Part shown: piece by piece, positions 9,935-19,266 of the stretch | Numbering within the stretch: position 1 is the first letter of the stretch | Layout: the number at the start of each line of letters is the position of its first letter | Assembly: GCA_044376115.1 (NCBI GenBank) | Contig: JBILLK010000011.1 | Location: forward strand, 160,001 to 224,000 | Length of the DNA: 64,000 nt | Direction of reading: 5' to 3' | DNA from: Polyangiaceae bacterium | Lineage (GTDB): Bacteria; Myxococcota_A; Polyangia; Polyangiales; Polyangiaceae | The notes under the pieces: model-generated | What the model saw: only the letters and a program-made list of their open reading frames with translations | Databases searched by the model: none | Told to the model about the DNA's origin: nothing | Translations under genes and position numbers: made by a program

Positions 9935-10981
9935 ATGGAATTAGGTGACCCCCTCGGACTACATCGCGTCATCCCGGAGGCAGACCCCTCTGCGCCCCTC
10001 CCGCTGCCCCAGCGGGCCTCCAGGTTGGACAATGACCCCAAAAAGCGCTTCGCCAGTGAAATCGTTGTAGAAGTTTCCACGCTGAACATCGACGCAGCTA
10101 GTTTTCGTCAGATGGAGGAGGAGGCGGGTGACCCGCAGGGGGTTGGCCCGATCGTCCTTCGCACGATTGGTCACCGCGGTAAGCAGCACAACCCGGTCAC
10201 CGGTTCGGGCGGTATGTTGCTCGGCCGCGTCTCTTGGGTGGGAGAAGCCGTCACGGAGCGCGCCGCCGTGGGAGACCGCATCGCGACCCTCGCGTCGCTG
10301 TCGCTCACGCCTTTACACGTTGAGAAGGTGCTGGCAGTGCGTGCTGCAAGCGCCCAGGTCGACGTTGAGGGCACAGCCTTTATCTTTGCGACGGCCCCAT
10401 TCGCGAAACTCCCGAAGGACCTAAATGAGCGCTTGGCGCTGGCGGTGCTCGACGTAGCCGGCGCGGCTCCGCAAGTCGCTCGCTTGGTCACGCCGAAGCA
10501 AACCGTGCTGGTGTTGGGCGCGGGAGGAAAAAGCGGCATCCTGTGTTGCGCAGAGGCGCGACGGCGTCTGGGTAAGTCTGGGCGGCTGATCGGCCTTGAG
10601 ACCCATCCTGGCTACGCCAAGGAACTCAACTCGCTTGGGCTTTGCGACATGGTCGTGGAGGCCGATGCGCGCGACGTCGTGGCCGTTCGCGACCGCGTGG
10701 CGGAGCTTACGGAAGGCGAGGGGGCTGACGTGACCTTCAGCTGCGTAAACACGCCTGGGTGCGAAATGGGAGCCATCTTGGCCACCAAGGATCGGGGCAA
10801 GGTGTACTTCTTTGCGATGTCGACCTCGTTCACGGCTTGCGCGCTTGGTGCTGAGGGCGTCGGCGCGGACGTTGACCTGCTCATCGGCAACGGCTTCGCT
10901 GAAGGGCACGCCGACCACACCTTGACGCTCGTTCGTGAGGACAACCGCCTGCGCTCGTTGTTCGAGCGTCGCTACACCTGA
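9935..10981 (+). CDS. kdd: L-erythro-3,5-diaminohexanoate dehydrogenase
   Basis: GLHRVI, TLNIDAASF, GKQHNPVTGSGGML, DVAGAAPQ, GAGGKSG and ALGAEGVG motifs. Confidence 0.9.
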   Translation: MELGDPLGLHRVIPEADPSAPLPLPQRASRLDNDPKKRFASEIVVEVSTLNIDAASFRQMEEEAGDPQGVGPIVLRTIGHRGKQHNPVTGSGGMLLGRVSWVGEAVTERAAVGDRIATLASLSLTPLHVEKVLAVRAASAQVDVEGTAFIFATAPFAKLPKDLNERLALAVLDVAGAAPQVARLVTPKQTVLVLGAGGKSGILCCAEARRRLGKSGRLIGLETHPGYAKELNSLGLCDMVVEADARDVVAVRDRVAELTEGEGADVTFSCVNTPGCEMGAILATKDRGKVYFFAMSTSFTACALGAEGVGADVDLLIGNGFAEGHADHTLTLVREDNRLRSLFERRYT

Positions 10982-11147
10982 GTCAGTCGAGTTTGGCAAC
11001 GCTCCCCGTTCTCTGGGCGCGTCGCCGCGGGCAATCGACCATCTGCTCACCACAAATCGATACTTCGTACACGAAGCAACTTGCTCTTCGCGGCCGTCGA
11101 GGGTACTCACGCTCGCTCATTCGGGCCCACTCACGGGAGGCACCACC

Positions 11148-11486
11148 ATGGCTGTCGATATTCAGAACCTGTTCAACACCGAAATCCCCGCAGCGATTGC
11201 GAAGAACGCAGACGCAGCGAAAGAAGTTGGCGCAAAGTACCAGTTCGTCATCACCGGCGACGGCGGCGGCGAGTGGTTCATCGACCTCACGGCGTCCGGC
11301 CCCACCGCAGTTGCCGGCAACCCCGGTGGCTCGGACTGCTCGCTGACCATGACCAGCGAGGACTTCCAGAAGCTGTACGAGAATCCCGATGCCAACGGCA
11401 TGCAGCTGTTCTTCGCGGGCAAGCTCAAGGTCGCCGGCAACCAGATGTTGGCGATGAAGCTCAAGAAGCTGTTCGCGCTGAAGTGA
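11148..11486 (+). CDS. SCP2 sterol/lipid-binding domain protein
   Basis: GGAGG RBS before ATG 11148. YQFVITGDGGGEW and MQLFFAGKLKVAGNQMLAMKL. Confidence 0.9.
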   Translation: MAVDIQNLFNTEIPAAIAKNADAAKEVGAKYQFVITGDGGGEWFIDLTASGPTAVAGNPGGSDCSLTMTSEDFQKLYENPDANGMQLFFAGKLKVAGNQMLAMKLKKLFALK

Positions 11487-11585
11487 TGTGCATCGCGGAG
11501 GCATGAACTCCGCCAAGTTGAAGTACCCATCGGCTCGCGGGAACGTCCCGTGGGCCGATGTTGTTTGCCGGGATGGAGGGGTTCG

Positions 11586-12749
11586 ATGTCCGCGCTCTCA
11601 GGGATTCGTGTTCTTGACCTGAGTCGGCTGTTGCCGGGGCCGTTTGCTTCCTTGGTGCTTGCCGATCTCGGCGCCACTGTCGACAAGGTCGAGGACCCTG
11701 AACAGGGCGACTATTTGCGGTATCTGCCGCCCATGGTTGGAGGCTCCAACGTTGCGTTTCAGATGCTCAATCGGGGCAAGCGCAGCCTGGTGTTGGACCT
11801 CAAGTCTGCGCGCGGGCGGCAAACGCTCGAGACGATGCTTGGGCACTATGACGTGCTCTTTGAGCAGTTCCGTCCAGGCGTGATGGCTCGGCTGGGTTTT
11901 GCGCCGGAGGAGCTATGTGAGCGCTTTCCAAGGCTGATCGTTTGCTCACTCACCGGGTATGGGCAAACCGGGCCGCTCGCTGCGCGCTCCGGCCATGATC
12001 TCAACTACCTCGCTCGCTCCGGTTTGCTGGGCCACCAAGGGCAAGGCACCGAGCCGCCGCAGGTTCCCGGCTTTCAGACCGCCGATATCAGCGGTGGCAT
12101 GTGGAGCGTCATCGGTATTCTCGCAGCCATTTTGGAGCGCCAGCACACAGGCAAAGGGCGCTGGCTCGACATTGCGATGAGCGAGGGCACGCTCGGCTTC
12201 AACCTGCTAGGGCTCGCCGCCAGCATGGTGGGAGAGGCGCCTCAACGCGGGGGCGCGCAGCTCACCGGCGGCATCGCTCCGTACGGGGTCTATCGTTCGA
12301 AGGACGACCGCTGGCTGAGTTTCGCCGCGATCGAGCCGAAATTCTGGATCAAGTTCGCGCAGGCGTTCGCGATCGAACCCAGCATGGGGGACTTGGTGCC
12401 GGGCGAGCATCAGGAGGCGTTGCGAGCGAAGGTCAGTGCGGCCTTCCTGAGTAAATCGGCGGAGGAGTGGGCTGATTTTGCGCAGCTTCACGACCTTCCG
12501 CTCGAACTGGTGCTCAGTCCCGACGAGGTAGCCAAAGACGCCCACATCCAAGCACGAAACGTCCTCTTTTTCCGCGAGTCGCAGGATGGGCCGGTCCCCC
12601 AATTCAAGACTCCGGTATCGCCTGAAAGCGCCCGGTCCGCCCCAATGGCACCGCGTCAAGGCGCGGATACCCGGGCCGTGCTGGCGGAGGCTGGGGTTCC
12701 AGAGGCGGATATCGACGCTCTCATTGCTGCAGGTATCGCAAGGAGTTAG
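11586..12749 (+). CDS. CaiB/BaiF family III CoA-transferase, alpha-methylacyl-CoA racemase-like
   Basis: LSGIRVLDLSRLLPGP, NRGKRS, FRPGV, GYGQTGP, GHDLNY and the catalytic AD motif. Confidence 0.9.
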   Translation: MSALSGIRVLDLSRLLPGPFASLVLADLGATVDKVEDPEQGDYLRYLPPMVGGSNVAFQMLNRGKRSLVLDLKSARGRQTLETMLGHYDVLFEQFRPGVMARLGFAPEELCERFPRLIVCSLTGYGQTGPLAARSGHDLNYLARSGLLGHQGQGTEPPQVPGFQTADISGGMWSVIGILAAILERQHTGKGRWLDIAMSEGTLGFNLLGLAASMVGEAPQRGGAQLTGGIAPYGVYRSKDDRWLSFAAIEPKFWIKFAQAFAIEPSMGDLVPGEHQEALRAKVSAAFLSKSAEEWADFAQLHDLPLELVLSPDEVAKDAHIQARNVLFFRESQDGPVPQFKTPVSPESARSAPMAPRQGADTRAVLAEAGVPEADIDALIAAGIARS

Positions 12750-12776
12750 CTCGTTACAGAAGCCTCCCCACAGGGC

Positions 12777-15500
12777 GTGAACCGATGGTACGGTGCCTGC
12801 GTGGCGGAGGTCGTTTGCCCCCAGTGCGAGCATCCGTGTGAAGCGGCGCACAAGTTTTGCCCGGTTTGCGGCTTTCCCGTCTCGGAGTTTCAGAGCAAGT
12901 CTGATGACCCGCTGATAGGCACGACGCTTCCGGGGGGCTACGTCATGCTCGAGCTCGTCGGCGTCGGCGGGATGGGCCGCGTTTACCGCGCCGAGCAAAA
13001 GGTGCTGAGCCGCACCGTCGCGATCAAGATCATCCACCCTCACCTGCTCGGAGATGACAGCGCCTCCGCTCGCTTCATCACCGAGGCACGCGCCGCCTCA
13101 CGGCTCAATCACCCCAACTCGGTGGGCGTGATCGACTTCGGTCGCACCGGCAACCAGCTGTACCTGGTGATGGAATTTTTGCGCGGGCGAGACCTCGCAC
13201 GCGTGACGTGCGAAGAGGGGCTGCTCGCGTTTCCTCGCATCGTGGACGTGATGGTGCAAGTGCTCGCAGCGCTCGCAGAAGCGCACCACCTCGACATCAT
13301 TCACCGCGACTTGAAGCCGGAAAACATCGTGCTCGAGCCGATGCGATCAGGCGGTGACTTCGTCAAAGTCGTCGACTTTGGGTTGGCCAAGATGCGCGAG
13401 GCCAACACCAACATCACGAGCCCAGGGCTGGTGTGCGGCACGCCGGACTACATGGCCCCCGAGCAAGGGCGCGGTGACCCGATCGACTGTCGTAGCGACC
13501 TTTATGCGTGCGGCGTGATCTTGTTCCAGCTGATCACTGGAAGGCTGCCGTTCGAGGCGGAGTCGCCGACGCAGGTCGTGCTCATGCACCTTTCGCAGCC
13601 TCCGCCCCATCCTTCCTCGGTAGCACCGGATCGAGAGGCGCCTGCCGCCCTTGTGGCGATCACCCTCAAGGCCCTGTCGAAGAACCCCGATGACCGCTTC
13701 CAGTCGGCCGACGAGTTTGCGGCGGCGCTGCGCGAGGTGATGGTTTCCGAGCGCAGCAACGCTCGCGATTCAAAAGTCGACGCGATGGAGGCTGGCACCA
13801 ACTGCTCGTCCTGCAGCGCGCACGTACCCCTCGGACAAAAGTTTTGCGGGGATTGCGGAAGTCGGGTCACGCATGCAGCCCCAGCGACGAGCAACGCAGA
13901 CCCCAACCGCCTCGCACAGCTGCCAAAGCTTCCGCTGCCCTTCACCGGTCGAGAGCAGGACCTCGACTGGCTCGAACTCACTCGCTTCGAAGTGGGTTCT
14001 TGGGTAACGACAGCCCGGCTGGTCGGGGATCACGGTGTCGGCAAATCCCGGCTGATTCGCCAGTTCGTTGCCAACGCCCTTTCTTCCAATGACTTCGTGG
14101 TTGAAGTCGGCCCCGATCCTTGGACCGCAGACGTGGGCTACTGGGCTGTTCGAGCCGCCATCGTTGGGCTCGCTAGTCTGCCTGAAGACGGCGGAAACGC
14201 CGCCGAGTGGACGGGCGCCACGCCGGAAGCCCGGCGCGGACTCGAGGAGATCTTCGGGCACCCACCGCCGCAAGGGCCCACTCGCGAGTCGACGCCGCAG
14301 CCTTGGGAGGTCGAGCGCAGCGAGATGTCGTTCACCGACCGACGCTTCGTCGCGGCTGAAGCTTTGCGCTGGGCGATGGCACGCGGTGCTCGCGCCGCAC
14401 AGAAGAATCGCGTCATCCTCATCGTCGAGGATGTGCAGGCGATCGATGGGGCAAGCCGCAACGCTTTCATCGATGTGATTCACGAGCCGCCGCTCGTGGG
14501 GATGTTGGTGCTCGGGACGCACCTACCTGATTTCGATTCAGGCTGGGGCGGCCCCGAACGGCAGTTGACCGGCATTTCGCTAGCCGCTGCGCACTCGCTA
14601 GCGCGCGGGTTTGCGCCTGCTCCCAAAGGCGAGGATGGCAGCGCAGCAAAGACGATCTCCCCGATGTATGTGGAGCAGCTCATTCGCTACACGATCGAAG
14701 GCGGCAAAGGGCCCGCGGCACGTCTTGGCGATTTGGTAGCACAGCGCCTCGAGCGGCTTCAAAGTGACGCTCGCCGACTGCTTCAAGGCTTGGCCGTTCT
14801 CGGTGATGAGACCGAGGCCGATCACTTGCTCACCACCGTTCCGGTCGCTGACCCTGACGGGGCGATGGATGAACTGCGGACGGCTGGCTTCATCGAGGTT
14901 CACACGATGAAAGTGCGCGTCGCTCACCCGTTGGTTCGTGAGGTGGTGCTCGCCACCATCCCGGCCGGCGTCAAACGCGAGCTGCACGAAAAGGCCGGGG
15001 TCGACAAGAACGGCAACACGCGTCGCGTGCCGCCTGAGGTCCTCGCCTTCCACGCCTATCACGCGCAAAACTCGTTTGAGGCGTTGATGCTGCTCGAGAC
15101 CATCGCAACGCGCGCCTCGGCCCGTGGGGATCTCAGCGGCAGCGTAATCGCTCTGCGGCGTGCTCTAGACCTAGCCCGACGCGAGCTGTTCCGTGGGGAC
15201 ATCGACGATCCTGTCCGTGCGGTGTTGATCTTTTCGCGCAAGCTCGGCGAGGCTCTCGTGCGAGCCGGGAACCACGCTGACGCGAATGGCGTATTGCTGG
15301 AGGCGCTCGATTTGGCAGGTCCGAGCGGACAAGATCGAGTGCAAGTGCTCGGAGCGCTCGCGCTCTCGGCCCGCGAACGCGAGCGGCCTACCGAGGCCAA
15401 GAAGTACCTGAAGGAGGCTATCCAACTCGCGAAAGACGAGCTGCTGGTCGACCTTGTAGACTCGCTCGAGCGGGCCCGACGAGACTGGGCCCTTCCGTGA
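12777..15500 (+). CDS. Ser/Thr protein kinase with zinc ribbons and a C-terminal P-loop ATPase/helical region
   Basis: CPQC..CPVC, GVGGMG, HRDLKPEN, DFG, APE, CSSC..CGDC, Walker A GDHGVGKS and Walker B ILIVED. The start may be GTG 12801. Confidence 0.9.
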   Translation: MNRWYGACVAEVVCPQCEHPCEAAHKFCPVCGFPVSEFQSKSDDPLIGTTLPGGYVMLELVGVGGMGRVYRAEQKVLSRTVAIKIIHPHLLGDDSASARFITEARAASRLNHPNSVGVIDFGRTGNQLYLVMEFLRGRDLARVTCEEGLLAFPRIVDVMVQVLAALAEAHHLDIIHRDLKPENIVLEPMRSGGDFVKVVDFGLAKMREANTNITSPGLVCGTPDYMAPEQGRGDPIDCRSDLYACGVILFQLITGRLPFEAESPTQVVLMHLSQPPPHPSSVAPDREAPAALVAITLKALSKNPDDRFQSADEFAAALREVMVSERSNARDSKVDAMEAGTNCSSCSAHVPLGQKFCGDCGSRVTHAAPATSNADPNRLAQLPKLPLPFTGREQDLDWLELTRFEVGSWVTTARLVGDHGVGKSRLIRQFVANALSSNDFVVEVGPDPWTADVGYWAVRAAIVGLASLPEDGGNAAEWTGATPEARRGLEEIFGHPPPQGPTRESTPQPWEVERSEMSFTDRRFVAAEALRWAMARGARAAQKNRVILIVEDVQAIDGASRNAFIDVIHEPPLVGMLVLGTHLPDFDSGWGGPERQLTGISLAAAHSLARGFAPAPKGEDGSAAKTISPMYVEQLIRYTIEGGKGPAARLGDLVAQRLERLQSDARRLLQGLAVLGDETEADHLLTTVPVADPDGAMDELRTAGFIEVHTMKVRVAHPLVREVVLATIPAGVKRELHEKAGVDKNGNTRRVPPEVLAFHAYHAQNSFEALMLLETIATRASARGDLSGSVIALRRALDLARRELFRGDIDDPVRAVLIFSRKLGEALVRAGNHADANGVLLEALDLAGPSGQDRVQVLGALALSARERERPTEAKKYLKEAIQLAKDELLVDLVDSLERARRDWALP

Positions 15501-15516
15501 GGAGAGCCGTTCGCTG

Positions 15517-16575
15517 ATGGACCGTCCCAGCTTGGTTGGCGCAACCGAAGGCGTGTCGCTCCCAACGCTGATTGCACGCTGGGACCTCGACAAAACATAC
15601 CTGCGCACGGACTTCGACACGGTCAAAGATCTCGTGCGCACCGCGCTCGAGCGGCCCGACCAGAAACGTACTGTGCCTGGCGCAGCGGCGCTGTTGCGCC
15701 AGCTGCAGAAGGCCGGGGTTGAGACGCACATCTTGAGCGGCAGTCCAGAGCAACTTCGGTCGCGCATCGTGGAGAAGCTTCAACTGGACGGAGTGCGTTA
15801 CGCGTCGCTGCGTCTAAAGCCGAACCTACAAAACCTCCTACGCTTACGCTTTCGCGCGTTGCGCGGCCAGCTCGGTTACAAGCTACCGGCGTTGTTGCTC
15901 GGCCGATGTGAGCTTGCCAACCAGACGCTCAACGGTGCGCTGCTTCACGAAGTGCTGCTGGGAGACGATGCAGAGGCCGACGCCTTCGTCTACTCGCTGT
16001 ACGCGGACATCTGTGAAGGTCGAGTGCCCGACGATGTGCTGGCCAAAGTGCTGACGATCGGCGGCGCTTACGAAGACACCGTTCGAGACGCGCAACGCTT
16101 CGCTCAGTACGTCACCAAAGGGCCTGTCGTCGAGCGCATCCTCATCCACCTCGAACGACAGAGCTCGCCCGGTGACTTCGCAGTGTTCGGGCCACGCGTC
16201 GTCCCCTTCTTCAACTATCTGCAGGCAGCCTTCGTGCTGTTCGAGGATGGAAGAATCTCGGCCAAAGCCGTCATCTCGGTCGCCAGTGAACTCGTCACGG
16301 TCCACAACTTCCAGCGCGCGGGGCTCTCACGCAGCTACGCCGACTTGGCTCGACGTGGCCACCTGCATGGGCTTCGATTGGAGGAGCTCGCCGTCGAACT
16401 CGAGGAACTCGTGCAGCGCCCCGGCTTCGTCGCGGCCGGAGACTTGATGGCCATGCTCGATGAAATTCGTCAGGTTCCCATCGCGCAAGAGAAACCACGG
16501 TCGGCTCACTCAGTCGACTACCTCGCGTTGGTGAAGGACCACAACCCGCGGCACAAGAAGAGCAAGAAGCACTGA
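15517..16575 (+). CDS. HAD-superfamily phosphatase-like protein (App1/DUF2183-like)
   Basis: Motif I WDLDKT, motif II LSGSP, the Lys in GYK, and motif IV GDDAEAD. Confidence 0.7.
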   Translation: MDRPSLVGATEGVSLPTLIARWDLDKTYLRTDFDTVKDLVRTALERPDQKRTVPGAAALLRQLQKAGVETHILSGSPEQLRSRIVEKLQLDGVRYASLRLKPNLQNLLRLRFRALRGQLGYKLPALLLGRCELANQTLNGALLHEVLLGDDAEADAFVYSLYADICEGRVPDDVLAKVLTIGGAYEDTVRDAQRFAQYVTKGPVVERILIHLERQSSPGDFAVFGPRVVPFFNYLQAAFVLFEDGRISAKAVISVASELVTVHNFQRAGLSRSYADLARRGHLHGLRLEELAVELEELVQRPGFVAAGDLMAMLDEIRQVPIAQEKPRSAHSVDYLALVKDHNPRHKKSKKH

Positions 16576-16701
16576 CGCCGCTGTGAGCGTCGCGAGGCGA
16601 GCCTCATTTTTGTGCAACCGGGTAGAAACCACCAGAAAGCAGTGCTAGCAAAGGCCGCGCTGCTCGGACTCTTCGGAGCAGGCGCGCTGACCTAGACCGG
16701 T

Positions 16702-17337
16702 ATGGCACCGGTCCTCTTCTGCACCAGTGAGGGTTTTTCGGTGGATAGTGATCTTGCCGAAGCTGTCGCGACTCTAAAGACAGCTTTTACCCAACGAAAG
16801 ATCCCGGCGACGTTTGCTCCCGCGGACCCCCAAGAGATCGAGCGGCTCAGGAAGTCCCTTAAGATCCCGGCACGGTTTCGTTCGCTGCTTGCCGCCGCTG
16901 ATCCAGTCGACGTTGAGACTGTCACTCCTGTCGAGCGTGTGAGGCTGTTTCCGGCGGCCAAGCTCTATGAAGAGCAGGTCGGTTACGCGGTTCCCGAGGA
17001 GGGCGGGCAACCCAAGCCTGAGTGGCGTAAGAGCTGGATCATCATCGGAAGGAGCGCGTTGCTCGGGGATCCGTACTTCATCGACATCACGAAGCTCGAC
17101 GCCGAAGGGGATTGCCCCGTCTTCACCGCAATGACTGGGACGGAGCAGCTCAAGCCCACGCTGTGCGCTTCGAGCTTGCAACAGTTTCTCCGCATCTTGG
17201 CTGCGTCGATGGAGGTCGCCTCTGGCTTTGGAGAGGCCGTTCTCGACGATGATGACGAACGAACCTTTCGTGAAACACTCGCGCCACACGTGAAGAACAT
17301 CGACCCTGCTGCGCTGCGCGCGGGCCACTGGACTTAG
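16702..17337 (+). CDS. SMI1/KNR4 (SUKH) family protein
   Basis: PADPQEIERL..L.IPARFRSLL, W..SWIIIG, GDPYFID, DCPVF and ASSLQQFL pattern. Confidence 0.7.
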   Translation: MAPVLFCTSEGFSVDSDLAEAVATLKTAFTQRKIPATFAPADPQEIERLRKSLKIPARFRSLLAAADPVDVETVTPVERVRLFPAAKLYEEQVGYAVPEEGGQPKPEWRKSWIIIGRSALLGDPYFIDITKLDAEGDCPVFTAMTGTEQLKPTLCASSLQQFLRILAASMEVASGFGEAVLDDDDERTFRETLAPHVKNIDPAALRAGHWT

Positions 17338-17349
17338 CGAGCTTCGCTC

Positions 17350-19251
17350 ATGAAGTGCGCAGCCTGCGGTGGCTCAAACGAGGCTGGCTCTTCTTGGTGC
17401 ACGAGCTGCGGGAAAGCACTCGGCTCGGGCGTCGCTAAGACGTCGCCCGGCGAGCCGGCTGCCGCTGCCTTCGAGGCCATGCCCGCCGTGAAGACGGAGC
17501 CCTCGAGCGGACCGCTGGTTTCGGATAAGGCAGCCGTCGCGAAGCAAGACCCGCTGGCAGCTGGCTCCATCATCGACAACAAGTACAAGCTGATGCGCGT
17601 CCTCGGAGAAGGAGGGATGGGCATCGTTTACCTCGCCGAGGACATTCACTCGGGCATTCAGATCGTACTGAAGGCCATGCGACCAGAGCTCTCCCACCGC
17701 AAAGACGTGCGAGAGCGCACCCTCGCGGAAGGTCGCACGCTGGCGAGAATAGACCACCCGAACGTCGTCCACCTCAACGCGATCGTGGCGGATCACACCG
17801 GGCTTTGGCTCGTCATGCAGTACATCGATGGCGAGAGTCTCGACAAGACGATCAAACGGTATCGAGGCGAGAATCACTTCGTTTCGTTCACGGTCGCGAT
17901 GGATATCTTTCGTCAGATCTTGGACGGCGTAGCGGCTGCGCATCGGGATGGCGTGATTCATCGCGACCTCAAACCCGCCAACGTCTTGGTGCGTCGCAAA
18001 GATGGCGTGGCCAAGGTGACTGACTTCGGCATCGCCAAGCCGGAGGAACAAGCGCGAGTCGGCCAAGGCAACACCAAGGGCGTCATCGGTTCCCTCTGGT
18101 ACATGTCGCCCGAGCAAGTCCAGGGTCGGCGCGACCTCGACAAGAGGCTCGACATCTACGCGCTCGGCATATTGCTGTTCGAGTTGTTGACGGGCAGCGT
18201 GCCCTTCCAAGCGGAGTCGAGCTACGAGATCATGCGGTTGCACGTAGAAGAACCACTGCCGCGAGTTCTCGAGAGACGCAAAGATGCCCCCGCCTGGGTG
18301 GATCGGATCCTCGCGCGCGCCTGTGCAAAGAAGCGAGAAGACCGCTACCACAGCTGTGAAGAGTTCCTAGCTGACATCGACCGTGAGATGGGAGCCGGCT
18401 TGCGCCCTGCGGCCGGTGCGACGCGCATACTGCCGTCGATCCCAGCTCCCGAACCGACCCAAAGCGATGACGAGAAGAAGCCGGCTGCGGTCAGCCCTAC
18501 GACGAAGCCGCCGGCCCCGAAGCCGACCACGCAGCACGTTAAAGAGACCGCAGCTGCGGCCGAAGCGCCCTCATCAGCCGCGCAAACCAGCCCCGACGCA
18601 GAGGGAAGCAGCCGCCTCCCAAAGATCGCTGTCGCGCTCGCGCTCGTGGTTGCAGCGGGTGTTGGTGGCTACTTCTTGTTGGGCCGCTCTGATTCGAAGC
18701 CGAAGCAAACGCCGCAGGCGAGCAGCGACGTCGATACCGAGCCCAGCGCCCCAACCGAGCCCGCCGCTAGCGCTTCGTCGATCGCGGCCAGTACGAGGGT
18801 GCGCCCTGCAGACGTCATGGCCACGCTGGTCGGCCGTTGGAAGAGCGAGGGAGGGACGGATTTCGATGCCGTGCGTGTAGGCGACACGGTCGAGTTTCGC
18901 GTCGTGGACCCCGCGCAGTTTGCGCCGGTCGAATACGCGGTCGGAGAGGCTCGCTTCACCCTCAGACTCGGGACGCCCGCGGGGACCTTCAAAGTCGAGG
19001 AGACGATGCGCCCGTTCTTCAAGGAGCCGTTTGACCCCAAGGCGCGCACGACCTGCCAAGAGATTTGGTCGGAGGTCGAGGGCAAGCCGCTGCTCGCGAC
19101 GCTCGACGGTGAATCGTTGCGAGTCGACTTCGCGCGCGCAACGTTCTCTCCGAGCATGGCCGTCGTGAAGGACGGCAAGGTCGTCAAATGCCAAAGCCTG
19201 CGAGGGTCCGTCGCAGGCCGAGGAAGGACAACGTTGAAGCGCCAGCCGTAG
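17350..19251 (+). CDS. Membrane-anchored Ser/Thr protein kinase with an N-terminal zinc ribbon
   Basis: CAAC..CTSC, GEGGMG, HRDLKPAN, DFG, a Pro/Ala linker, one TM helix and a C-terminal domain. Confidence 0.92.
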   Translation: MKCAACGGSNEAGSSWCTSCGKALGSGVAKTSPGEPAAAAFEAMPAVKTEPSSGPLVSDKAAVAKQDPLAAGSIIDNKYKLMRVLGEGGMGIVYLAEDIHSGIQIVLKAMRPELSHRKDVRERTLAEGRTLARIDHPNVVHLNAIVADHTGLWLVMQYIDGESLDKTIKRYRGENHFVSFTVAMDIFRQILDGVAAAHRDGVIHRDLKPANVLVRRKDGVAKVTDFGIAKPEEQARVGQGNTKGVIGSLWYMSPEQVQGRRDLDKRLDIYALGILLFELLTGSVPFQAESSYEIMRLHVEEPLPRVLERRKDAPAWVDRILARACAKKREDRYHSCEEFLADIDREMGAGLRPAAGATRILPSIPAPEPTQSDDEKKPAAVSPTTKPPAPKPTTQHVKETAAAAEAPSSAAQTSPDAEGSSRLPKIAVALALVVAAGVGGYFLLGRSDSKPKQTPQASSDVDTEPSAPTEPAASASSIAASTRVRPADVMATLVGRWKSEGGTDFDAVRVGDTVEFRVVDPAQFAPVEYAVGEARFTLRLGTPAGTFKVEETMRPFFKEPFDPKARTTCQEIWSEVEGKPLLATLDGESLRVDFARATFSPSMAVVKDGKVVKCQSLRGSVAGRGRTTLKRQP

Positions 19252-19266
19252 GCGGCCAAGCAGCGA

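Noticed and set aside
10935..11147. N-terminal extensions in the ORF track (also 38227, 39941, 46139, 57413, 60444, 60720)
   Set aside because: They overlap neighbouring genes; internal starts have a better RBS, signal peptide or translational coupling.
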